Assembly (NCBI GenBank): GCA_038108875.1
Contig: JAYNII010000001.1
Location: forward strand, 101,450-165,003
Direction: 5' to 3'
Length of the DNA: 63,554 bases
Origin: Gammaproteobacteria bacterium
GTDB lineage: Bacteria > Pseudomonadota > Gammaproteobacteria > Magnimaribacterales > D2472
The notes under the pieces are model-generated. The model saw only the letters and a program-made list of their open reading frames with translations. It was not told the origin of the DNA and searched no databases. The translations under genes and the position numbers were made by a program. Shown piece after piece: positions 1 to 10,308 of the stretch; position 1 is the stretch's first letter; each line of letters starts with the position of its first letter.

Positions 1-903
1 TTTTCCACCTGTTAGAGTAGAGGCAGCTAAATCAAAAAATATAGCTTCATCGGTTTCAGTTCCTGGAACATTCCAAACTTTATATATTCTTGATTGAGGG
101 ACGTTATCGGTCATTATTTCGCGCTTGGCTTCTTGTCTCTTTGCAACCCAGGTATCAGGTTTTGTCAGCGTAGGACCAGCAGGAATATCACCAAAGTATG
201 TTGTAACTTTTTCTTTGGCTGTTTCTAGATCTATGTCTCCGGCAAGAACTAGAACTGCGTTGTTAGGGCCATAGTAGGTCTTAAACCAATCCTGCACATC
301 TTCCATAGAAGCGGCATTCAAATCTTCCATATAGCCAATGGTTGACCAAGAATAGGGGTGTCCCTCAGGATAAGCTCCCTTTGCTATAGTAATGAATGCT
401 TTTCCATAAGGACTGTTTTCACCTTGTCTTTTTTCATTCTGAACAACCCCGCGTTGTTCATCTAGCTTCTCTTGATCAATAACTCCTAAGATATGACCCA
501 TTCTGTCTGATTCCATCCATAGTGCTAAATCAAGAGCATTGGTCGGGACATTTTGAAAATAATTTGTTCGATCGCTGTTAGTTGTACCGTTTTGATCAGT
601 AGAACCAATCTTTTCAAATGGCTCAAAGTACTCACTATTATAGTTTTCTGTTCCGTTGAACATTAAATGCTCAAATAAGTGTGCAAAACCTGTTTTGCCT
701 ATTTTTTCATTTTTAGATCCTACGTGATACCAAACATTAACTGCAACCATTGGGACTTTTCTATCCTCATGAACAATGACTGTTAAGCCGTTATCTAAGG
801 TAAAGGAATCGTATTGAATTTCAGGGATTTCATTAGCTAGAACCGAAAGATTAAAATTTAAAATTAAGCATAAGCTTAAAAGATTTAGTGAGTTTTTTTT
901 CAT
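1..903 (-). CDS. M16 (insulinase/PqqL-like) zinc protease, 3' end truncated by window edge
   Basis: Not in ORF track. Manual translation from ATG at 903: MKKNSLNLL...TLDNGLTVIVHEDRKVPMVAVNVWYHVGSKNE..GKTGFAHLFEHLMFNG (inverted zinc motif HxxEH). GGAGGT RBS upstream; signal-peptide-like N-terminus. Confidence 0.92.
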   Translation of the reverse strand, partial: MKKNSLNLLSLCLILNFNLSVLANEIPEIQYDSFTLDNGLTVIVHEDRKVPMVAVNVWYHVGSKNEKIGKTGFAHLFEHLMFNGTENYNSEYFEPFEKIGSTDQNGTTNSDRTNYFQNVPTNALDLALWMESDRMGHILGVIDQEKLDEQRGVVQNEKRQGENSPYGKAFITIAKGAYPEGHPYSWSTIGYMEDLNAASMEDVQDWFKTYYGPNNAVLVLAGDIDLETAKEKVTTYFGDIPAGPTLTKPDTWVAKRQEAKREIMTDNVPQSRIYKVWNVPGTETDEAIFFDLAASTLTGGK

Positions 904-981
904 ATGGGATACCTCCATTGGCTTCGACCGTTTATTATAGTAAAAGTTCTATATAAATGTTATTTCTCTGGAGATTTATAA

Positions 982-2610
982 ATGAGATTGTTTTTTCTAA
1001 TTGCGAGTTTACTTTTAATAGGTTGTAACAAAGATTCTGTAAAGTTTTTAGAATCCACTGATCAACGATTGCACAGTTGGATTAAAGACATATCCTCCGA
1101 TGAGTTTCAGGGTAGGGAACCAGGAACTTTAGGTGCACAGCTTGCTAAGAACTACATTGCTCAACAGCTCTCAAATTTAAATCTAACTCCATTATCTGGA
1201 GATTCATTTTTTTTAAAAGTGCCGACATCAAAGATTACCCTTAAAGAACAGTCCTACGCAACGATTACGTTTAGAAATCAAGACCGAAGACTTGAAACCG
1301 GTAAAGAAATTGTTTTTTGGACAAAGCATGCTGCTGAATATAAAAAAATAAGAGATAGTGAGCTGGTATTTGTAGGTTACGGAATTGTAGCTCCTGAGTA
1401 CAATTGGAATGATTACAAAGGGCTAGATGTTCGAGGCAAGACGGTTGTGATACTTATCAACGATCCAGGTTTTGAGACTGGAAATCTTCGTTTATTTAAT
1501 GGTAAATCAATGACTTATTACGGTAGATGGACTTATAAATTTGAAGAAGCTGCTCGCCAAGGCGCTGCTGCAGCTATTATTTTGCATGAAGAAGAACCTG
1601 CAGCTTATCCTTGGACAGTAGTTCAAAATAGTTGGCAAGGTCCGCAATTAGATTTATTAAGAGAGGATTTGGGAGCCTCTAGGGCAACTTTAGAAGGCTG
1701 GATTCCGCATGATGTATTTGATGGCATTATTCAATACACGGGTTTTAATTATTCATCATTAAAAGACATTGCTTTATCAGAAACATTTCAACCTTTTACC
1801 TTACGTGGTCTAAGTTTATCAACTGAAATCTACAACGAGGTTGAATACATCTCTTCTCACAATTTAGCTGCTGTTCAAAAAGGTGCTAAGTATCCAGATG
1901 AATATATTCTTTTCACTGCTCATTGGGATCATTTAGGAATTTTAGAAGGTGATTCTGCTGATGATTTGATAATGAATGGTGCGGTTGATAATGCTACTGG
2001 AGTTTCTTCAGTTCTAGAGTTTGCCTATAGATTTTCACAAAAACCCCCTGAAAGATCGATTATTTATTTATTTGTAACTTTGGAAGAATCTGGATTGTTG
2101 GGCTCGGAATATTTTGCTGCATATCCTCCAGTCCCTCTAAATCATATAGTTGCAGGATTTAACTTTGATGGCATACAGCCTACTGGTAAGACAAATGATA
2201 TGGTTGTAATTGGGTACGGAGCATCTGAATTGGAAGATTTGTTAGAGGAAGAGCTTTTAAAACAAGGAAGATACGTTAACCCTGATCCTAATCCAGAAAA
2301 AGGTTATTTTTACAGATCAGACCATATAAGTTTCGCAAAGCGCGGGGTTCCAATGTTATACGCTGACAGCGGGTCAGACCTAGAAAATGGAGGAAGACTT
2401 GCTGGGCTTAAGATGGAGGAAGAATACCGTCTAAATTATTATCATGCGGTAGGAGATGAATACGATCCTTCTTGGAATTTAGAAGGACTTACCCAATCGA
2501 TTGACACTGTGTATGCGATTTCATCTGAATTAGCAAATTCACAGGCTTGGCCAAATTGGTATGAAGGTAACGAATTTAGAGCAATAAGAGATAGTTCAAG
2601 AACTCAGTAA
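982..2610 (+). CDS. M28 family aminopeptidase with PA domain, probable lipoprotein
   Basis: AHWDHLG, GAVDNATG, EESGLLGS, RSDH and YH motifs; lipobox LLIGC. Confidence 0.9.
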   Translation: MRLFFLIASLLLIGCNKDSVKFLESTDQRLHSWIKDISSDEFQGREPGTLGAQLAKNYIAQQLSNLNLTPLSGDSFFLKVPTSKITLKEQSYATITFRNQDRRLETGKEIVFWTKHAAEYKKIRDSELVFVGYGIVAPEYNWNDYKGLDVRGKTVVILINDPGFETGNLRLFNGKSMTYYGRWTYKFEEAARQGAAAAIILHEEEPAAYPWTVVQNSWQGPQLDLLREDLGASRATLEGWIPHDVFDGIIQYTGFNYSSLKDIALSETFQPFTLRGLSLSTEIYNEVEYISSHNLAAVQKGAKYPDEYILFTAHWDHLGILEGDSADDLIMNGAVDNATGVSSVLEFAYRFSQKPPERSIIYLFVTLEESGLLGSEYFAAYPPVPLNHIVAGFNFDGIQPTGKTNDMVVIGYGASELEDLLEEELLKQGRYVNPDPNPEKGYFYRSDHISFAKRGVPMLYADSGSDLENGGRLAGLKMEEEYRLNYYHAVGDEYDPSWNLEGLTQSIDTVYAISSELANSQAWPNWYEGNEFRAIRDSSRTQ

Positions 2611-3473
2611 AGCTCTTGCACCATGCATCTTGCTGAACCGCCGCCTATTTTCTCGATATTGTCTAAGTCGACAACAAGTAATTTAGAGTAATATTCGTTT
2701 AGTATTAAAAGCTGTTCTTTTGATAGGACTGAATTGGCGCTTTTAGACATCAATAATAACAACTCATTGTTTTTATTTTGCACTTCAAGCATATTTCCAC
2801 AAAATGCTTCAAGCTGAGTTTTAGAAAAATTTATTATTCTTCTGTTTTGCTCAATTTTATTTTTAACTAAATTTAGATCTTGGGGATGAATTACGTCTAG
2901 GCAAATTCCAGCTATAGAAGTACCGATCCACATTACTACGTTGGTATGATAAATCGGCTTATCTGCAAAAGATGAGCTAAAGGAAACCAGTTCAAACCCC
3001 TTTTTCTTAGACCAATCTTTTGCTAGGTCAAGATTCGAGCGTGAGGATATTGAGCAATAGGCAATGTTGTTTATCCTATCCATAACCAAGGAGCTAGTAC
3101 TCTCAAGAGCAATCCCTTTTAACTCTTCTTCTGCAAAATCTATGTCTATATGGTATTTGCTTAGTAGCTTAGTTAAGCTTGGATTATTTCTTTCTATTTT
3201 TCTATTCGGGGCTTCCATTGCAAATAGATCTAAGGTTTTATCTCTGTAAGTGGTAAACCAATTCGGAAAAATTGCATCTGGAGCATTTTCGATAGCTTGA
3301 AATTCAACAATATCAACTCCTGAATCAGTTAATGTTTGTCTCATAGCATGCCATTCACTATGACAATTAGCTCGGTTTCCAGATTTTTTTTGAAATACAT
3401 TAGTTAGGGCAGTTTGATTATTGGGTCCAAAATAATCTGGCCTTACCATGACTAACTTTGAAGTAGATTGCAT
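2604..3473 (-). CDS. Amidinotransferase/pentein family protein (CtlX-like citrulline-utilisation hydrolase)
   Basis: VMVRP..F..N.QTA.TN.FQ, DAIFPNWF, IYHTNV and C-terminal GGGSARCM motifs. Confidence 0.85.
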   Translation of the reverse strand: MQSTSKLVMVRPDYFGPNNQTALTNVFQKKSGNRANCHSEWHAMRQTLTDSGVDIVEFQAIENAPDAIFPNWFTTYRDKTLDLFAMEAPNRKIERNNPSLTKLLSKYHIDIDFAEEELKGIALESTSSLVMDRINNIAYCSISSRSNLDLAKDWSKKKGFELVSFSSSFADKPIYHTNVVMWIGTSIAGICLDVIHPQDLNLVKNKIEQNRRIINFSKTQLEAFCGNMLEVQNKNNELLLLMSKSANSVLSKEQLLILNEYYSKLLVVDLDNIEKIGGGSARCMVQELY

Positions 3474-3487
3474 ACAGTTAATTTTAG

Positions 3488-3564
3488 TGGCGCGCCCGGA
3501 GAGGTTCGAACTCCCGACCCCCAGGTTCGTAGCCTGGTACTCTATCCAGCTGAGCTACGGGCGC
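3488..3564 (-). tRNA. tRNA-Arg (anticodon ACG)
   Basis: Reverse complement GCGCCCGTAGCTCAGCTGGATAGAGTACCAGGCTACGAACCTGGGGGTCGGGAGTTCGAACCTCTCCGGGCGCGCCA: cloverleaf, anticodon arm CCAGG-CT ACG AA-CCTGG, T-loop GTTCGAA, encoded CCA. Confidence 0.97.
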
Positions 3565-3625
3565 ATTAGGGTATTTTAATCAAAAGAATCCGTATAAGAT
3601 ATCTGTTGAGACCACTATAACCTTC

Positions 3626-4972
3626 ATGATTTCAAACGATAAGATCTCTAAACTTTCAAAGATTAGTTATATCTCACTTACTTTTCCATCTTCTGCAGCG
3701 GCAATGCCAATTGTTGTATATATCTTGCCATACTATGCAGATAACTTAGGTCTTGGGTTATCTATCGTTGGGTTAATTTTCTTTCTTGGTAGGATGCTGG
3801 ATGTTTTTACTGACCCTATTATGGGCTACTTAATTGATAAATATCCCTCTAGATGGGGTAAACACAAGCATTGGATTGCAGCCTCTATTCCTTTTTTAAT
3901 GATCTCAATATATTTAATATATTTACCAAACGAATCTTTGGTTAGTCCGACTTATCTTTTTTTGAGTTTATTCTTAGCCTATCTAGGATTTACTCTTTTG
4001 TTTGTAACTCAACTTTCTTGGTCTGTTGTTCTTGCTCCATCCTACGATGAGAGAACCCGATTACTGACTGCAAGAGAGTTGTTTTCTCTAATTTCCATGT
4101 TAATTATTATTGCTCTACCTGCATTAATTGAAATCTATACCTCTAGCCTTAATGCCAAAATTCAATCTATCGGTATAACATCATTATTACTCATTCCTAT
4201 TATTGTAATAGCTGCTTTATTTTTAGTTCCTGATAAGACTGATGCAATTACCGAGAGGGCTAGGGTAACTGCTGGAGAAATGCTTCGCACAGTTCTTAAT
4301 GATAAAAACCTTTCTAGGCTTGTATTTGCAAATCTCTTTTTAGCTTTCTCTCAAAGTCTTGTTGGCGCATTGTCCGTTATTGTATTCAACACTATTTTTG
4401 AATTACCAGAGTATTCTGCTCGAGCAACTTTGTTGTATTTCGTTATGGGTGCTGTGGGTCTTTTCTTTTTTAGAGGTTTAAGTCTTAAGACTTCTAAACA
4501 TTTTTCTGCCTCCGTCTGTCTTACGTATGGAGCAATTATAGTTTTGCTAGCTTGGATAATTTCTCCTTATGTTATTGGGACTAAATACTCAGTTTACTTA
4601 TTGTTTGCATTTACATTCTTTTACGGATTATCTTTTGCTGGAGCAACCCCATTGATCATGGCTATGGTTGGAGATGTATCTGAAATGCAAGAGAAAGCAA
4701 GTGGTTATAGTAAAAGTGGAGCTGTATATGCATACGTAACAACTATAGCAAAAATTGGTTTTTCGTTAGCTGCAGCAATACCTTATATTGTTTTGGAAAG
4801 GTTTGTTGGTTTTGAAGTTTCTTTAGGGGCAAATAACTCTGAATTCAGCAAAACTATTCTATGGAACATATACATGTTGGTTCCATTTTTTGGATACGCA
4901 CTCTCAGCATTTATGATTTATTCTCACCCCCATTCTCGAGATAAAGTTTCTCAGTTTAGAGGTACGCAATGA
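3626..4972 (+). CDS. MFS transporter, GPH/MelB-like family
   Basis: ~12 hydrophobic segments; [17 protein letters not shown] and YDERT motifs. Confidence 0.85.
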   Translation: MISNDKISKLSKISYISLTFPSSAAAMPIVVYILPYYADNLGLGLSIVGLIFFLGRMLDVFTDPIMGYLIDKYPSRWGKHKHWIAASIPFLMISIYLIYLPNESLVSPTYLFLSLFLAYLGFTLLFVTQLSWSVVLAPSYDERTRLLTARELFSLISMLIIIALPALIEIYTSSLNAKIQSIGITSLLLIPIIVIAALFLVPDKTDAITERARVTAGEMLRTVLNDKNLSRLVFANLFLAFSQSLVGALSVIVFNTIFELPEYSARATLLYFVMGAVGLFFFRGLSLKTSKHFSASVCLTYGAIIVLLAWIISPYVIGTKYSVYLLFAFTFFYGLSFAGATPLIMAMVGDVSEMQEKASGYSKSGAVYAYVTTIAKIGFSLAAAIPYIVLERFVGFEVSLGANNSEFSKTILWNIYMLVPFFGYALSAFMIYSHPHSRDKVSQFRGTQ

Positions 4973-5139
4973 ATTACCGAAGATATGAGTGTGTAATCTG
5001 TGGGTATATTTATGATGAAGCACTTGGAATTCCTGAGGAGGGAATTAAACCCGGCACTCTTTGGCAAGATATTCCTGATGACTGGGTTTGTCCTGATTGC
5101 GGTGTAAGCAAGTATGATTTTGAACTCATAAATGACTAG
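4969..5139 (+). CDS. Rubredoxin (56 aa)
   Basis: Below ORF-track cut-off. Manual translation [56 protein letters not shown] with two CxxCG knuckles. ATGA overlap with the upstream gene and 8-nt overlap with the downstream gene. Confidence 0.95.
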   Translation: MNYRRYECVICGYIYDEALGIPEEGIKPGTLWQDIPDDWVCPDCGVSKYDFELIND

Positions 5140-6430
5140 AAAAAGCTACAGATCATTTGCTTTAATTTTATTAACCATTGTGTATGGCTTTAATTTTATT
5201 GATCGACAGATTATGGGAATACTTGCGCCTTTTATTCAAGAAGATTTAAATCTAACAAATACTCAACTGGGTTTATTAATTGGGTTTGCCTTTGCAGTAT
5301 TTTATACATTAACTGCTATACCAATTGCTTGGCTTGCTGACAAATTCAGTAGAGTAAATATCTTAGCCATTGCTCTAGCTACATGGAGTGGATTTACGGC
5401 ATTGACAGGTTTAGCCAATAACTTTATCCAAATTGGTCTTGCAAGAATGGGGGTTGGAATTGGAGAGGCTGGAGGCAGCCCGCCGTCCCATTCGATTATT
5501 TCAGATCTGTATTCAAAAGAAGAAAGAGCAAGCGCTCTTGGCGTATACTCTATGGGAATACCTTTTGGGATAATGGCAGCATTTTTTGCTACCGCAGCAA
5601 TTATGGGTCCTGGGAGCGAAGATGTAGATTGGAGAAGAATTTTTATCTTTTTAGGCATCGCAGGCTTAGTTTTAGCATTAATTGTTAAGTTAATTTTGCA
5701 AGAACCTATGAGAGGAGCCATGGAGTCTTCAAATAGATCATCAATGGAGAGGGCTCCTTTTATTGATTCTTTGAAAATACTTTTAAAGATACCATCATGG
5801 TGGGCCATGTGTTTTGGAATAGCATTTGGTTCGTTTGTTTCATATGCAAAGGGTGGATTTCAAACAAAATTTTTAGTAACACTTGATCCTGCATTTGACT
5901 TTCAAACCCTAGTTATATTGCTTGGAATAATTAACGGGACTACCTATGCAGGTGGTGCATTTTTTGGAGCTAGACTTGCAGATAAATGGGGCAGAAAAGA
6001 TGTCAGAGCATACGGATGGTTGCCTGCTATTTCAATTGCATTATGTTTACCAATTGGAGTTTTAGCCTGGTGGGCTCCTACAGTCCAAATGAATTTATTC
6101 TTTACTACTCTCTTTTTGCTCTTAATTGGAATCTACCTCGGACCATGTTTTGCAATAGCACAAACTCTCGCACCAATTCACATGAGAGCAATGTCGACTG
6201 CTTTATTCTTTTTTATTTTGAATATGATTGCTCTGGGCGGAGGTCCAACTTTTGCAGGTTGGCTGATTGATGAATTTGCAGTTTATTACAATGAGTTAGA
6301 TTCTATGAGATTTGCTATGTCAGCTACCGCATTAATTTTTATTTTATCTATTTTAAGTTTCGTGATAGTAAGCAAAACGTTACCTCAGGATTGGAGAGAG
6401 GCTGAATTGAGGAACTCTGATATTACATAA
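5132..6430 (+). CDS. MFS transporter, spinster family
   Basis: [14 protein letters not shown] and GVGIGEAG motifs; ~12 TM segments. Confidence 0.88.
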   Translation: MTRKSYRSFALILLTIVYGFNFIDRQIMGILAPFIQEDLNLTNTQLGLLIGFAFAVFYTLTAIPIAWLADKFSRVNILAIALATWSGFTALTGLANNFIQIGLARMGVGIGEAGGSPPSHSIISDLYSKEERASALGVYSMGIPFGIMAAFFATAAIMGPGSEDVDWRRIFIFLGIAGLVLALIVKLILQEPMRGAMESSNRSSMERAPFIDSLKILLKIPSWWAMCFGIAFGSFVSYAKGGFQTKFLVTLDPAFDFQTLVILLGIINGTTYAGGAFFGARLADKWGRKDVRAYGWLPAISIALCLPIGVLAWWAPTVQMNLFFTTLFLLLIGIYLGPCFAIAQTLAPIHMRAMSTALFFFILNMIALGGGPTFAGWLIDEFAVYYNELDSMRFAMSATALIFILSILSFVIVSKTLPQDWREAELRNSDIT

Positions 6431-6450
6431 TAAAGTTTTTTCTCTATTCC

Positions 6451-7413
6451 TTAGCTAGTTTTATAAAAGCTGGAATAGTGCTTTCTAAATTGAGCAATAG
6501 GTCCATCTTTGTCGCATAGTACTGGTTTATCAGCATACTTCTTATGTTCCCAGATAGGAATATCCTCTTTAACTTGTTTATCAATATCAGCAATTATTGC
6601 AGCGGACACGCCTCCAACTGGAGTTTTACCATTAACTTTTTTTTGTAAAAAGAAGAATCTTGTAATGCATTTTTCTGACTCGACAGGAGTTGTCATTCCA
6701 AGGAGTAATGTATCGCAAATACCTTCAAATTTTGTAGCGCTATCACCTGGTCCATTTGAAAATGCAGTAATTTTACCCTTGATTGTGCCTCTGGGAGTTT
6801 CCATGTCAGCTCTCTGGATTGATGTTCTCTTCTGATCTTGATATGAAACTTCAAATTCAGGATAACTCACAACTCCATGGACGTATTTAAAATGTGCGGC
6901 ATCAACAGCATTTTCTGCCATATCTTGAATGTGACATTTAATATCGTATTCAAAGGCAACAAACTCATCTGCCCATTCAGGGTCATCGATTTCAGAGTGA
7001 ATCGTAACCTCATAGAGGGGATTTATACCATCAGGGTGATACCAGGCATAAATCAAATTATTAGCTTCAACAGTAGGGTACCTAAAAATTCTTACTTCCT
7101 GAGCTTTTGGAGGAATTTTGGTTGCATAAGGAATTTCACTAATGGTTCCATTCGTTTTCCATCTCCAGGCATGAAAAGGACATTCGATGCAATTGTCACG
7201 AACAATGCCTCCATGTCCCAAATGAGCACCAAGATGAGGACAGTATGCATCTAGCATGGCTACTTCACCATTTTCACCTCTAAAAAGTACTTGATCTTGT
7301 CCAAAATACCTAACTGCCTTCACTTGGCCCTTAGTTAAGTTAGCGCTGGTATCTACACAATACCAACCAAAAGGAATGGGTAACGGGTATCTTTTGTTTT
7401 CAAATTCGCTCAT
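6451..7413 (-). CDS. Rieske non-heme iron oxygenase of KshA (3-ketosteroid 9alpha-hydroxylase)/Neverland (cholesterol 7-desaturase) type
   Basis: Rieske CPHLG...CPFH; mononuclear Fe motif ENAVDAAHFKYVH; C-terminal D..IW..K....P.LC..DGPI..FR.....FY. Confidence 0.82.
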   Translation of the reverse strand: MSEFENKRYPLPIPFGWYCVDTSANLTKGQVKAVRYFGQDQVLFRGENGEVAMLDAYCPHLGAHLGHGGIVRDNCIECPFHAWRWKTNGTISEIPYATKIPPKAQEVRIFRYPTVEANNLIYAWYHPDGINPLYEVTIHSEIDDPEWADEFVAFEYDIKCHIQDMAENAVDAAHFKYVHGVVSYPEFEVSYQDQKRTSIQRADMETPRGTIKGKITAFSNGPGDSATKFEGICDTLLLGMTTPVESEKCITRFFFLQKKVNGKTPVGGVSAAIIADIDKQVKEDIPIWEHKKYADKPVLCDKDGPIAQFRKHYSSFYKTS

Positions 7414-8279
7414 AGTTTTAAAAGTTTTTTAGCATTTTCACCAAGGAATTTTGGCCAAACATCATGATTAAAATCTACTTTAGGAAGATCTTCAAATATT
7501 CTTTCAAGTGAAAGCCCCATGGGAAAATACCCAGCATAAAGAATTTTGTCTGAACCTCTTGTATTTGCATAGTTGATGATTGCTTTGGGGTAATGCTTTG
7601 GAGCAAATGCGCTAGTTGAGTAATATAAATTAGGATATTTGAGCATTAATTTTACTGCTAAATCTACCCACGGTTCTGCACCATGTCTCATAACAAATTT
7701 CAATTCAGGGAAGAACCAACAAACCTCATCAATTAACTCAACTTTTTGAGGAGCCATTGGAATTCTTGGTCCAGGAACTCCCACGCAGCAAAAGAAGGGA
7801 ATATCTAATTCTATGCATGTTTCATAAATGGGGTGCCATTTGGAATTGTTGATAGGGATTTGTGGATACATACCAGCTGGAAAGGCACTTACCGCTTTTA
7901 TGTTATATTTTTTATGTAGTTCTTTGATTCTAGAAGCTTCTTTGTCACTTTCATTAGGGTTTACAGGGAGATCAAAAATAAACCTGTCAGGGTGATTTTG
8001 CTGTGCATAAATTTTAGTTTCAGATGACTCATGAAATCCAACCATGGCAATGTCAATGAAATGTTTATCCATTTGATCTAAAGTGTATTTCACATAATCA
8101 TCATGTGAACCTGTTTCAGGAATATCTTTAAACATGTATTGTGCTGGCATTTTAAAAAGTTTCTTAGACTCTTCATCTCTAAGCAATGGTTCCATAAAGG
8201 AATACCACTCTGAACGATCCTCGCTTTCAGGAATACCTAACATTAGATCAACGGTAAAGATCTCTTTATTGAAACTCAT
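7410..8279 (-). CDS. Amidohydrolase_2 family protein
   Basis: PELKFVMRHGAEPW, YPNLYYSTSA and KILYA..FP motifs. Confidence 0.8.
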   Translation of the reverse strand: MSFNKEIFTVDLMLGIPESEDRSEWYSFMEPLLRDEESKKLFKMPAQYMFKDIPETGSHDDYVKYTLDQMDKHFIDIAMVGFHESSETKIYAQQNHPDRFIFDLPVNPNESDKEASRIKELHKKYNIKAVSAFPAGMYPQIPINNSKWHPIYETCIELDIPFFCCVGVPGPRIPMAPQKVELIDEVCWFFPELKFVMRHGAEPWVDLAVKLMLKYPNLYYSTSAFAPKHYPKAIINYANTRGSDKILYAGYFPMGLSLERIFEDLPKVDFNHDVWPKFLGENAKKLLKL

Positions 8280-8379
8280 ATATAGATTTTAACCATTTAA
8301 AGTTTAATATCAGTGAAATGAGAAAAAAAGATCAAAAAAATAATTGAAGAGTTGACGAAAGAAAATCTCACGTTACTCA

Positions 8380-9159
8380 TTAAGACATAAATTCTCCACC
8401 GTTTACATCTAAATTAGCACCAGTAATAACTTTTGCTAAGTCTGATGCAAAGAACAGAGCTGCGTTTGCACAATCTCTATCGTTGGGAATGAATCCAAGG
8501 GGTATATCTTTAGTGATGCCATTTATGATATTTTTTGGTTCAATCCCCATGGCTTGAGCAGTTTGATTAACATAAGTTTCTACAGGAGGTCCCCACATCC
8601 AGCCCATATAAACACTGTTTACACGAATTCCATATGGTCCCAGTTCTTTTGCAAGAATTTTAGTGCTAGCAGTAAGCGCTCCCTTGGATGCCGCATATCC
8701 ACCTTGGGTTTGCAGTGGCTTTTTTGTGATTAAACTATTAATCATTACTATGGAACCAGATGATTGTATTTTCATTTGTTTTACAGCCTCCAAAGTTAAT
8801 TGCATAGTTCCAAAATAATTTGTATTCATGGTTTCTTTCCAGTCTTCCATGCTACCTTGATCAAATTCTGTAAAATTTCCTGGCCTATAGGCGCTATTCA
8901 AGAGGCAATCTACTTTTCCAAATTTTGATACAGTCATTCTGATAAGGTTCTTGCATGATTCTAGGGATGTGATGTCGGTTATAACGCTCAGAACTTCATT
9001 TCCTTGAGAACTAATGTTTCGTTCTACTTCATTTAATTTGCTTTCAGTTCTGGCAGCTAGAACAACCTTTGCACCTTCTTCTGCTGCCCCATAAGCAAGC
9101 TCTTGACCTAATCCTGGTCCAATACCAGAAACTATTACCACCTTATCTTGTAAAATCAT
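8380..9159 (-). CDS. Short-chain dehydrogenase (resembles mycobacterial Rv3530c)
   Basis: SGIGPGLG glycine motif and YAASK catalytic motif; resemblance to Rv3530c is from memory. Confidence 0.85.
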   Translation of the reverse strand: MILQDKVVIVSGIGPGLGQELAYGAAEEGAKVVLAARTESKLNEVERNISSQGNEVLSVITDITSLESCKNLIRMTVSKFGKVDCLLNSAYRPGNFTEFDQGSMEDWKETMNTNYFGTMQLTLEAVKQMKIQSSGSIVMINSLITKKPLQTQGGYAASKGALTASTKILAKELGPYGIRVNSVYMGWMWGPPVETYVNQTAQAMGIEPKNIINGITKDIPLGFIPNDRDCANAALFFASDLAKVITGANLDVNGGEFMS

Positions 9160-10304
9160 AATTTCCCTATGTATGTATCTATGTATGTTTTAAATTTTTC
9201 TTGAATTTCACCTTTGGATAGGCCGTATTCTTCTAAGCTATATTTATGTGAGCCCATTTCATGCTTGTTTTCTTCTTGCCAAGCCTTCATGGCATTTTCT
9301 GTTTGATCAGCAAAATCTTCATTAATGAAAGAATAGATTTTTTTCATTTCATTGAGAGGTTCCTTAATCATATTTCTGAAATCTAAATGAATAAAACTTT
9401 CCTCATTGGCTTTACTTATTTCGTAACAGTGATGAAGAACATTGCAAAGCTTGTCTTGCCAATGGCGCGCTATTCTTTGTTTGTTAAAATCTGTAGTAAG
9501 TTGTTCAGAAAGATTTGCGCACATTGAACCAAAGGAAGGAACTGTATCAAGTGGAGTTCTATGAGTCTGTATTACTTTGGCGTCAGGGAATACTTCAAGG
9601 ACTTTATCAATAAAACCTAGATGATGAGGAGACTTTAAGATCCATCTCTTCTGATCTCTACCAGGTGTTTGCCATTGCAAGTATTGAAGTTGTTTTTTTA
9701 AAAACTCATAAACTACGAGATGATTCTGTTCTTCTATCCATGCTGAATATGATGGGAGGTGCATACATGATTCTGGAACAGTACTAAGAAATGTATGTTC
9801 AATTAATAATATTTCTTCATCAGCTCCATTAAAATCCCAAGGATGAATATTCAATGCTTCAGGAGATGCTGCTAAAACTGCTTCAACCTCAGCCTCGCCA
9901 AGTTTCATTCTTTCTGTAGGATGACCTTTTTTTTCATTAGGGAGAATAGCAGGATATCTTCCTTCCCACCAAAGCATAGCAGTATGATTTGGATCTGATG
10001 CTAATAGTCTATGCGTCATAGTAGACCCAGTCCTAGGAAGACCAACAATCACTATAGGTCTTAAAATTTTTTGATCTAGTATTTCTGGATTTTGTTTAAA
10101 AGCATCGATTGTCCGCAAGAGATTTGACAATAGTCCAATTATCCTGTGTTCTTGTGCTTGGAGGCCTATGTTATTAAGAGAAGCCTCAGTGTTGATGCTC
10201 TTAATGAGATTGTGGAAACCCTCCATGAATAAATTAGGACCAAAATCATTCTTGCCAGTTAATTCTTCTGCTCGTTTAATTAGATTTTTTGGATTAAGAG
10301 TCAT
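9156..10304 (-). CDS. Sulfotransferase family protein (Rv3529c-like)
   Basis: PAPS-loop GLPRTGST; WILKSPHHL, FPDAKVIQTHR and HKYSLEEYGL motifs. Confidence 0.85.
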   Translation of the reverse strand: MTLNPKNLIKRAEELTGKNDFGPNLFMEGFHNLIKSINTEASLNNIGLQAQEHRIIGLLSNLLRTIDAFKQNPEILDQKILRPIVIVGLPRTGSTMTHRLLASDPNHTAMLWWEGRYPAILPNEKKGHPTERMKLGEAEVEAVLAASPEALNIHPWDFNGADEEILLIEHTFLSTVPESCMHLPSYSAWIEEQNHLVVYEFLKKQLQYLQWQTPGRDQKRWILKSPHHLGFIDKVLEVFPDAKVIQTHRTPLDTVPSFGSMCANLSEQLTTDFNKQRIARHWQDKLCNVLHHCYEISKANEESFIHLDFRNMIKEPLNEMKKIYSFINEDFADQTENAMKAWQEENKHEMGSHKYSLEEYGLSKGEIQEKFKTYIDTYIGKL

Positions 10305-10308
10305 TTTT

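Noticed and set aside
8280-8379. 100-bp gap between the SDR and amidohydrolase as a possible sRNA or riboswitch
   Set aside because: Only a weak imperfect inverted repeat and A-runs; more simply an internal promoter region.
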